Shown: in pieces, positions 1 through 8,267 of the stretch
How the letters are laid out: each line of letters begins with the position of its first letter
How positions within the stretch are numbered: position 1 is the stretch's first letter
Source: Azolla caroliniana
Lineage: Eukaryota > Plantae > Polypodiophyta
Length of the DNA stretch: 64,000 nt
Direction: 5' to 3'
NCBI GenBank assembly: GCA_043228905.1
Contig: JBHGNT010000010.1
Coordinates: forward strand, 4,402,001 to 4,466,000
Program-made: the position numbers and the translations under genes
The notes under the pieces: model-generated
What the model was told of the DNA's origin: nothing
Database searches by the model: none
Seen by the model: the letters and a program-made list of their open reading frames with translations, nothing else

Positions 1-965
1 AAATCGTCAGGTTAGTAATATTCTTTACATTTTTTAAGATTCCTAAAGATTCCTTAAAGATTCCTTTCCTCAACACATAGATATTTTATTTTATTTTGTA
101 CAACGAACTTGGAAAGCAATTTTGAAAGGCAGGACCTTCAACCAAAATCCGATGCAGTGACCTTCAACCAAAATCCTGCATCGGATTTTGGTTGAAAACA
201 ATGTTGTTTTTGCGATAAAAAACTATCGCATGGGACCATAAAATTGACCTAATTTAAATGATAATTTGCGTGATTTAGATAAAATTGTACGTTGTTTCTA
301 TGTTTTCACCAACGTTTTTAATTTCAGTGAACCCAAACAAAAAGTTCCTTCATTTAGATTGGAGATTCAATCTCCGACACGAGTAAAAAGATTTTATTTG
401 ACTCAACGGGGGAAGGAGGATCCAAGTCATCTGTGGCTACTACCAAAATCAACAAAGGTAGTACGCAAGAGGAGAAAACGGTTGAGGTGAAATATAAGGA
501 TTACCCCGAACTTGAATGGTGTCTCTCTTATGTCGAGGAGGATGGGGTGTTGTTATTGATAACGGCAAAATCGGACGGGGAAGGGAAACTTCAGCTTGGA
601 AAAACATTTAATTATGGGCATGTAACCAAGCTAGAGTACGAAGACATTGATTCTACATGTATTTTAATCGACATCTCGAGCTCAGTTTGCGACAGGCGAT
701 TGCGACTTAATGAGGGAAACCTAGTAACCGAATCTTGCAATCCCAAGGCTTTGCGTAAAGACCTGCAAACGAAAAATAACTTGTTGGTAGCTCTTCGGTC
801 GTACGTGACAGGAGAGATGATGACCGGTGAAGCAGAAACTCCACCGAAAAAGTCTAGGAAGACAAATCTTGTTCAAAAGAAATATACTAAACGACCACGA
901 CCCGAAGAAGAAGAAGAAGAAATATTAGAGTTCGTGGAAGAAGAAGACGACCAACAAGTTGACGT

Positions 966-1756
966 TGTCGAGATATTACGCAAGTGCGTGTGGAAACGAG
1001 GCGGGACCGCGGGGGTCTCGAACCAAAGAGCAAGCGAGGGAGGAGAAAGAGAGAGAACCGGCTACGCAGGACCGGGGATACACAGGGACACGGCCCTTCA
1101 GCACGGAGAACGCGAACAGACACCGACACAGACAGATGCGAATGACTAAATATGTATATTAACAAAATGGCTAACACGACTACAACCCTCGATGGGGCAC
1201 AGGTTGGTTACAACCGAACAGGCCGGCGAACAGATGCCGATGCTTGTTCGCTTCGACGCACAAAGGGGCAGCAGGTCGGAGGTGCTGCCGGAAGCACTCG
1301 GGCGTTCCTCGAAATAGCGCGAGCCTCCTCGGGACCCTGCACAGAAAGCTATGGAGCTCAAGAAGGAAGGAAACAGAGAGAGAAGCGTCCAGAAACGGTC
1401 CGACAGCACTTCGTCCTCTCTTCGCGAGATCCCTGCAACAGCTCTTTCCTGCTCCTTATATAGGCCGACGAGCAGGCCGTCATGTCAGCTTTATTCCCTG
1501 TCCCTTTCGAACAGGGATCCGCTCCGTTCTTCACGCATCCGCGTAGTTACGCCGCCGACTCGTACAGTTCCTTAGCTCGCGCGCGCGACCGAAAAGACTG
1601 TTCGCGCGGTCTTTGTCTCCACTTGTGTTAGGGCCCGTTCCTGCCGATTATCCTCCTAATTCGCTTCTATGTACAACCTGGAGCGTGCGCGCGTGAAGAA
1701 CCGGTTCCCACGCCTTGGTGCGTCGATTCCGCTTATGGACGGTTTTCTTCACGACA
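966..1756 (-). repeat. 3' LTR of the Gypsy element (791 bp)
   Basis: TGTCGAGATATT...TTCACGACA; matches 7478-8267 except one indel and about 3 substitutions seen by eye. Confidence 0.96.
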
Positions 1757-1770
1757 TCCGCCCCCACCTA
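1757..1770 (-). other. Polypurine tract
   Basis: Minus strand TAGGTGGGGGCGGA directly abuts the 3' LTR. Confidence 0.85.
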
Positions 1771-1827
1771 ACCGCGCATCCTCCGGTATGCGCCAAGAGA
1801 GTTGGGACGGAGAAAACCGGCCCGTCT

Positions 1828-4800
1828 TCATTCCTCGCCCGTCGGTTCTTCCTCGTTTTCGGATCGTTCGTCACTGCTGACTAGGAGAGCCGGGTCTGGC
1901 TCGTCGTCGTGTCGCTTCTTGAACGCTTTGATCCGCTTCCCTGCAACCGGTATCGCCATTCTCGTGCCGTCGAGTTCTGTCAGGTGATATGTCCCGTTGT
2001 CATTGGCGCTCCGTACCACGTAAGGCCCGAACCACCTTCGTGCGAACTTCCGTGTAGCTCGGTGCTGGTTGTCGAGGCTGCTGTCGTAGACGAGCACCCA
2101 GTCACCTTCTTCGATTTTCTTCGGTCGGAGCCGGTGCATTCGGTCGAACCTGGCTTTGTTCTTTGTCCTCGCCACCCGGAGCTTCTCCGCAGCCAGTTCC
2201 ACGTCCTCCGGTCTCCGCTCGAGCTGTCGTATACGCGCGGCCAACAACTCCTCCCGGCTCATCTCGTCCCTCCAGTCGACCGTTGCCCACGAGGAGATCG
2301 TCCGTTCCATCGGCATGATCGGCTTCTGGCCGAACATGAGCTCCGTCGGCATGTACCCAGTTACCGAACTGTGCGTGGTCCGGTCTGCCCACAAAGCATA
2401 AGGTAGCAGCCGCGGCCAGTTACCGACTCGGCCTCCGCATGCCCGAACCAACGCCTTGACGATCGGCCCGTGTCCGTGCTCCACCTTCCCATTCGCCTCC
2501 GGATTGTACGTAGTGGAGAGCGAGAGCTTGACTCCCAGCCGGTCGAACAGCTCCGCGGCTTCTTCGGCGTCCAACTCCCCTCGGTCAGCCACGATCTTCC
2601 CGACGCACCCGTACCGGCATATCACGTCCTCGATTAGGAACCGACATACGGCCGCGGTCGTTTTGTTCGGAAGGGCCCGGCCTTCCACCTGGTTCGTCAG
2701 ATCCTCCCGCGCTAGGACCAGGTACCGCATCTGTCCTACCCCCATTGGCATCGTCACCAGATCTACCATCCATTTGAAGTGGATGGTCGGAGGGTACGTA
2801 GGGTGAAGCTCGTCCCGGTGTCGGACCACGGAGTGCATCTGACAGCTCTCGCAAGTTGTCACGAATCGATGCACGTCCCGGTACAGTCCCGGCCACCAGT
2901 ACTTCTCCTTTATCTTCTCGAACGTGGCCCAAGTTCCACGGTGGCCGGCCCAAGGGCTGTCGTGGTAGGCCGTCAGCAGCTCCTCCTGTTCTTCCTTCAT
3001 CGCCACCACCCGGAGCGGAGCGCCGTCCCTCTTCTTCGGGTGCTTCCATAGATAGCCATCCCGGAGAAAGAACCGGTACGCTTTCTTCCGGATCCGGTTG
3101 GCCTCGTCTTTCGTCCATGACGCATCCGGTGCCATTGTCCTCAAGAACCCGCCGATCTGCAGCCACTCCCCGTCGTACTTGCTCGCGTCGAAGTCGTTAA
3201 GCGCCGGAGTGCTCGTCCCGTCGGTTGTTACGTATGCTGCCTCGAAGAAGTCCACGCCGACCTCTTCGTCCTCCGAAACCATGCCGCCCTCGTCATCGAA
3301 CCTCGCCCTCGAAAGCATGTCGGCCATGGCGTTGTCTTTCCCGGAAATGTGTCGTATTTCCGGGTCCAGGGACTTGATGTACGCTATCCACCTGAGCATT
3401 GCCAGGTCCGGCGTCGCGCATCCGGAAACCATGCCGAGAATCGGCATGCAATCCGTCTCTATGATTACCTCTGTCCCGATCAGATAGTCCTTGTCGGCCT
3501 TCACCGCCGAAACGATACCCCAGAGTTCGCGTTTAACCTGGGCGTATCCTCGCTGCCGCTCACTGAGGACCTTCGCGCCGAATCGGATCGGAAACCGATT
3601 GCCGTCCTCGTCTTCTTGGTTGACGACCCACCCGATTCCGGTCGGACTCGTGTCAACCGTTATGTACACTGGGGTGCCCTTCCTGTAGACGGCCTTTCGG
3701 AGCGCCGGTGCTGCCGAAAGAGCCTCCTTCAGCTTCCGGACCGACTCCGTGTGCTTGTCTAGCCATTCGAATCTTCGCCCTTTCTTCAATAATTCGTACA
3801 GCGGCTCCGCGACGTGCGCGTAATGCGGGATCCATATGTGGTAGAAGGCGCATGCTCCCAAGAATCTTCGTACTTCCGTGACCGAGCTGCAATCAGGCTT
3901 CATCGCGGAGATGGCTTCTACCTTTGCCGGAGACGGTTTCCGGCCATATGGTCCACATAAATGTCCGACCACCATGATTTCCGACTGCCCGAAGGCTGAC
4001 TTCTCCCCCGAGAAGGTGAGCCTCGCATCCTCTAGCCTTTGCAGCACCTTCTCGCAGTCGTCGATGTGCGTCATCACGAATCGCCGGCATCCGTCCGGCC
4101 CGATCGTCTCGTCCTTCTCTTCTACCGGGCATCCCTTGATCGGGATGTCGTCTAGAAACGGCATGGTGATGTCCGGGATGCAGTCCCTCAGCACCTTGTT
4201 CATTGCATTCACCATGTGGGCCACCGAGTTGGTCCCTCCTTGCGGCAGCGTACACATCCGCACTAGGCCGAGGGGAGTTCGCATCGTCGTAATGTCTCTG
4301 CTCTCCACGGCTAGCTGGAACTGGTCGTACCCTGAGTATAGATCACCGACCGAGTAAATCGACCTTCCGGCGAAGGCCTCCGCGAACTCGTCTATGGTCG
4401 GTCCGATCCCTGCGTTCCGAATGGTCACTCTGTTGACCGGCTGCAGGTCCTGAATGAAGCGCAACGATCCGTTTTTCTTTGGTACGGTAAACCATCGGTT
4501 TGAATATGGGGCGCTCGACGGCTCGAGAATGCCCATATCAACTTTCTGCTTCAACAGCTCCATCAACTTCGGGATGTGAGCTCTCGGAACCGGAATTGGC
4601 TTGAGATTCCACGGTACATGCGGTACCGTGAATATCACCATTGGCTCTACGATCGTCGGGTCTACGCACCCGATTTCCTCCGGTGAGAATGCGAAGGCTT
4701 TCCCGTGCCTTCCGAGCATTCTCCGAAACCGGTCTTCCTCCACCGGCAGTAGGAACCCGCCCCCACCGATCTTCAGCTCGCGGAGCGTCTCGTTGGTGAA

Positions 4801-5346
4801 GGTGTGTCCTATGCAGGCCGGATCTCGTAAGCTGGGGTCCGATGCAACCCCTTTGATTCGGGATTCGCTGCCCTCCGGTAAGGGCGCCGCAACTGGCCTC
4901 ACCTTCCGGTCCACAGTCTTGTACTTGGTGCTAACTCGGGCCGTCCGTTCCGACTCGAGCCCTCGACCGAAGTCCGCGATGACTTCGTACATTTCTTCGG
5001 AACATACCGGTATCGTCCGGTCTTCGTTAAGGTCTTCTTCGACTACCTTCCCCAGCATTCCCAAGGTGTCGTCGAAGGAGACTGCCTCCACGGCTCCGTC
5101 GATTTCTTCGTCAGGGCCGAGAACTCCGCACGCCCGAAGTCTCCCCTCCGTCTTTGTTTTCTCTCGGCCGGCGATGCCGACCATCGTACATGCTCCGCTG
5201 TCGGAGAAGCAAAATTTCCTACCTATTGTACACGGTTTTATCGTACAGATGTGGGGTTTTCCCGGAGCATCCGGACTGTCGCGGCCCCACGCCTTGGCAG
5301 TCCTCTCTAAAAATCCTCTTGGTTTTCGGAACCGAGGGAGTCGCGG
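1828..5346 (-). CDS. pol: Gypsy Pol (RT, RNase H, integrase); frame is open upstream of the ATG at 5184 and is probably entered by -1 frameshift
   Basis: RT (DLYSGYDQF, LPQG, FLDD), RNase H (DTS..ELWG..ETD..ADMLSR), integrase HHCC (HDSPWAGH..CESC), DDE core and WFGPY module; no stop in this frame from 5346 down to the terminal stop at 1828-1830. Confidence 0.95.
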   Translation of the reverse strand, partial: PRLPRFRKPRGFLERTAKAWGRDSPDAPGKPHICTIKPCTIGRKFCFSDSGACTMVGIAGREKTKTEGRLRACGVLGPDEEIDGAVEAVSFDDTLGMLGKVVEEDLNEDRTIPVCSEEMYEVIADFGRGLESERTARVSTKYKTVDRKVRPVAAPLPEGSESRIKGVASDPSLRDPACIGHTFTNETLRELKIGGGGFLLPVEEDRFRRMLGRHGKAFAFSPEEIGCVDPTIVEPMVIFTVPHVPWNLKPIPVPRAHIPKLMELLKQKVDMGILEPSSAPYSNRWFTVPKKNGSLRFIQDLQPVNRVTIRNAGIGPTIDEFAEAFAGRSIYSVGDLYSGYDQFQLAVESRDITTMRTPLGLVRMCTLPQGGTNSVAHMVNAMNKVLRDCIPDITMPFLDDIPIKGCPVEEKDETIGPDGCRRFVMTHIDDCEKVLQRLEDARLTFSGEKSAFGQSEIMVVGHLCGPYGRKPSPAKVEAISAMKPDCSSVTEVRRFLGACAFYHIWIPHYAHVAEPLYELLKKGRRFEWLDKHTESVRKLKEALSAAPALRKAVYRKGTPVYITVDTSPTGIGWVVNQEDEDGNRFPIRFGAKVLSERQRGYAQVKRELWGIVSAVKADKDYLIGTEVIIETDCMPILGMVSGCATPDLAMLRWIAYIKSLDPEIRHISGKDNAMADMLSRARFDDEGGMVSEDEEVGVDFFEAAYVTTDGTSTPALNDFDASKYDGEWLQIGGFLRTMAPDASWTKDEANRIRKKAYRFFLRDGYLWKHPKKRDGAPLRVVAMKEEQEELLTAYHDSPWAGHRGTWATFEKIKEKYWWPGLYRDVHRFVTTCESCQMHSVVRHRDELHPTYPPTIHFKWMVDLVTMPMGVGQMRYLVLAREDLTNQVEGRALPNKTTAAVCRFLIEDVICRYGCVGKIVADRGELDAEEAAELFDRLGVKLSLSTTYNPEANGKVEHGHGPIVKALVRACGGRVGNWPRLLPYALWADRTTHSSVTGYMPTELMFGQKPIMPMERTISSWATVDWRDEMSREELLAARIRQLERRPEDVELAAEKLRVARTKNKARFDRMHRLRPKKIEEGDWVLVYDSSLDNQHRATRKFARRWFGPYVVRSANDNGTYHLTELDGTRMAIPVAGKRIKAFKKRHDDEPDPALLVSSDERSENEEEPTGEE
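5251..5316 (-). promoter_or_regulatory. Candidate -1 programmed ribosomal frameshift signal (slippery GGAUUUU plus H-type pseudoknot)
   Basis: Heptamer at 5316-5310 just before the gag UAG; 6-nt spacer; stem GGACUG/CAGUCC; loop GUGGGG complementary to downstream CCCCAC; pol is in the -1 frame. Confidence 0.75.
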
Positions 5347-7433
5347 TTACGTTCGTGGTTCGGCCGTACCGTCAGAAACTGGACCGAATGGCGCCCGTCT
5401 TGGCTTTTGACCCTCGCGTAGGCCGAACCATTGTCCAGCACCTTGGTCTCCATTCGTGCCGCCGTGATGTACGGCTCTCCCAGTATGACCGGATGCGAAG
5501 ACGTCTCCTGCACGAAGAAGTGCTGGTCAATCTCGACGTCGCCGATCTTGACTCGCACATTCGGACAGGCCCCGTGCAGTTCCTCGGTGGCGCGCGTTGC
5601 TGCCCTTATTTTCCACCCGTGCTTGGTGTTGATCGGCCATTTGCCCTTCTTATAGAAGTCCATGGACATCAAATTGATCTCTGATTCGTGGTCCACCAAA
5701 GCTATCACCGGTTCCTGGACATCGCCGATCTTCACCGGGGTTTCCGTGGTCGCTCGGGCCCAGTGTGGTCTCGAATAGTGGCTTTCCGCCCACTCGTCTC
5801 CCAGCGCCATGTCGTCTAGGTGCGTCGTCCGCACTTCCACCGGTCTTTCCGGTTCTGTCTCCGTTGACAGCCTCTTCCGTTTCACCAAGTCCACGATGGA
5901 ATCGTGGAACTCCTTCTTGGCGATTCCCAGCACCTCTCGTAACGACAGCTCCACCTTGCTGTCGAGGATCCGTTCCTCCAGGACCTTTCGTAAGTCCGTG
6001 GTCCTTTCTATCTCCGTCCCCAGACGGTACCCGCCCTTCTGGGGTTTATCTTGCGTACCGGCCCCGCTGGCTTCGTCCCGTCGTGGCCCGGACCGGGTCT
6101 CGTATCGTTGTGAGGGCCCGGTCGTCCCGGGTTTCCCCACCCGCTTCTCTTCTACCAGAGCCTCGTAGTTCTGGCAAGCGGCTTCCACGAAGCCCGTCTT
6201 TTCCTCGACCGGGTCGCTCCACCCGGTCATCTCCCGTACCCGTTTCTCCGCACGGTCCGATTCCTCCCTTTTAAGCCTTGCACCGGCAAGGCCTTCCAGC
6301 ATCGTCGGCCAGAATCCGGCTTTGCTTTCCCTTCGGGCCTCGCTGCCCCCGACTCGAATGCCGGCCGACGCCGAGTAGTGGACGGTATCCGCGTGTCGGG
6401 CCGCCGCCTCTTCCATCAACCTTTTCATACCACCTCGCCCGTCGTTTCGGCTCAGGGCCCTTCGGGTGTCGCTGGCATGCACCCGTCCTTCCCACAGGTA
6501 CACCACCCTGTTCCTCAGCGCCTCCGCGAAGTCGCCGCAGTCCTTCCGAATGTGGCCGACTTCATCGCACCACATGCACCTGTTTCCTGCCGCCGGCCGT
6601 CGGTCACGAGCCGGTTCGCCACCTTCCCTTCGGGCTTGCGTGATTTGGAGGTCCTTTATCGCCCTCGTCAATTCCTCCAGCGCCGCTCCTCCGGTTGAGC
6701 CTCTGACTACGCCGGTCGAAGCCGAACCGGTTTCCAACCACTCTCGGGTCTCTTCCTTTCGCACCTGTGGCGCTGGTTCGAGCTTCCTTGCTGCGACCGA
6801 GCCCGACCCGGTTGCCCCGTTATCCGCCCATTCTCGCCGTTTGTCGAAACGGCAACAGACTTTCTTGACAGCCGCCCAGTCGGTAGTGAGCCCGTCTTCG
6901 GTTTCCAGCAAGAGGCCCACTTGCTCCCGATCCCACTCGTCGACCGACTTGACAAACAGCAAGACCCGGCTCGTGTCCAGGATGGTTCGGTCGAGCGCCG
7001 AAAGGCGCGCAAAGTTTTCCTCGAACTCCCGGAGGAGTGCCGACGCGTTTCTTCCCTTCCCCGGGGACTCCACCCATTCCATGAACCTTCGCTTCGAAAG
7101 CCAGAACGCGTCGTCCAGCCCGTATTTCTCTAGGAGCCGACCTTCGAACTCCTCCCAGGTACGGCTCTCCGCCTGCACCTCGAGCACCTCCGCATGGATG
7201 CTCGGCATCGCCACTCGGGGAAATCCGGCAAGACGCCTTCCTTCCGGAATGTCCCGCATCAGCATCTCTGCACCGTAGGACGCCAAATACTTCGTGGCAT
7301 CCTTCCCATCGAACCGGCCAATCGTGCCGACGACCGCCTCAATAGCTCTATCGAGGGCACCGGTGCCCTCGCGCGCGTTTACAATCCGATCCACGGCCGA
7401 AGCCATGGCCTCTGCAAGATCCGACCCCCTCAT
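5307..7433 (-). CDS. gag: Gypsy Gag-protease
   Basis: 708-aa ORF starting about 40 nt inside the 5' LTR boundary; zinc knuckle CMWCDEVGHIRKDC; aspartic-protease-like VIALVDHESEINLM...VILGEPY. Confidence 0.92.
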   Translation of the reverse strand: MRGSDLAEAMASAVDRIVNAREGTGALDRAIEAVVGTIGRFDGKDATKYLASYGAEMLMRDIPEGRRLAGFPRVAMPSIHAEVLEVQAESRTWEEFEGRLLEKYGLDDAFWLSKRRFMEWVESPGKGRNASALLREFEENFARLSALDRTILDTSRVLLFVKSVDEWDREQVGLLLETEDGLTTDWAAVKKVCCRFDKRREWADNGATGSGSVAARKLEPAPQVRKEETREWLETGSASTGVVRGSTGGAALEELTRAIKDLQITQARREGGEPARDRRPAAGNRCMWCDEVGHIRKDCGDFAEALRNRVVYLWEGRVHASDTRRALSRNDGRGGMKRLMEEAAARHADTVHYSASAGIRVGGSEARRESKAGFWPTMLEGLAGARLKREESDRAEKRVREMTGWSDPVEEKTGFVEAACQNYEALVEEKRVGKPGTTGPSQRYETRSGPRRDEASGAGTQDKPQKGGYRLGTEIERTTDLRKVLEERILDSKVELSLREVLGIAKKEFHDSIVDLVKRKRLSTETEPERPVEVRTTHLDDMALGDEWAESHYSRPHWARATTETPVKIGDVQEPVIALVDHESEINLMSMDFYKKGKWPINTKHGWKIRAATRATEELHGACPNVRVKIGDVEIDQHFFVQETSSHPVILGEPYITAARMETKVLDNGSAYARVKSQDGRHSVQFLTVRPNHERNRDSLGSENQEDF

Positions 7434-7459
7434 CTTCTGCTCTTCTGCCGCCTCCTTCG

Positions 7460-7473
7460 CGTCGGGTTCACCA
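7460..7473 (-). other. Primer-binding site complementary to the tRNA-Trp 3' end
   Basis: Minus strand TGGTGAACCCGACG, 4 nt after the 5' LTR; complementary to the recalled plant tRNA-Trp end ...CGUCGGGUUCACCA. Confidence 0.8.
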
Positions 7474-7477
7474 AAGA

Positions 7478-8267
7478 TGTCGAGATATTACGCAAGTGCG
7501 TGTGGAAACGAGGCGGGACCGCGGGGGTCTCGAACCAAAGAGCAAGCGAGGGAGGAGAAAGAGAGAGAACCGGCTACGCAGGACCGGGGATACACAGGGA
7601 CACGGCCCTTCAGCACGAGAACGCGAACAGACACCGACACAGACAGATGCGAATGACTAAATATGTATATTAACAAAATGGCTAACACGACTACAACCCT
7701 CGATGGGGCACAGGTTGGTTACAACCGAACAGGCCGGCGAACAGATGCCGATGCTTGTTCGCTTCGACGCACAAAGGGGCAGCAGGTCGGAGGTGCTGCC
7801 GGAAGCACTCGGGCGTTCCTCGAAACAGCGCGAGCCTCCTCGGGACCCTGCACAGAAAGCTATGGAGCTCAAGAAGGAAGGAAACAGAGAGAGAAGCGTC
7901 CAGAAACGGTCCGACAGCACTTCGTCCTCTCTTCGCGAGATCCCTGCAACAGCTCTTTCCTGCTCCTTATATAGGCCGACGAGCAGGCCATCATGTCAGC
8001 TTTATTCCCTGTCCCTTTCGAACAGGGATCCGCTCCGTTCTTCACGCATCCGCGTAGTTACGCCGCCGACTCGTACAGTTCCTTAGCTCGCGCGCGCGAC
8101 CGAAAAGACTGTTCGCGCGGTCTTTGTCTCCACTTGTGTTAGGGCCCGTTCCTGCCGATTATCCTCCTAATTCGCTTCTATGTACAACCTGGAGCGTGCG
8201 CGCGTGAAGAACCGGTTCCCACGCCTTGGTGCGCCGATTCCGCTTATGGACGGTTTTCTTCACGACA
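7478..8267 (-). repeat. 5' LTR of the Gypsy element (790 bp), TATATAA at 7973-7967
   Basis: Near-identical to 966-1756; adjacent to PBS and gag. Confidence 0.96.

Larger units (their letters stand above)
966..8267 (-). mobile_element. Full-length, young Ty3/Gypsy LTR retrotransposon (no chromodomain seen)
   Basis: Two TG...CA LTRs, ACGT at 962-965 and 8268-8271, PBS, PPT, gag-pro and pol ORFs with RT-RNaseH-INT order. Confidence 0.97.

Noticed and set aside
433-1149. 238-aa ORF as a stand-alone gene
   Set aside because: Its last 60 or so residues are read-through into the LTR; the real frame continues at 8272.
1909-7673. Many long plus-strand ORFs (e.g. 4601-5410, 6466-7278) as extra genes
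   Set aside because: They are antisense shadows of GC-rich gag/pol with no recognisable motifs.
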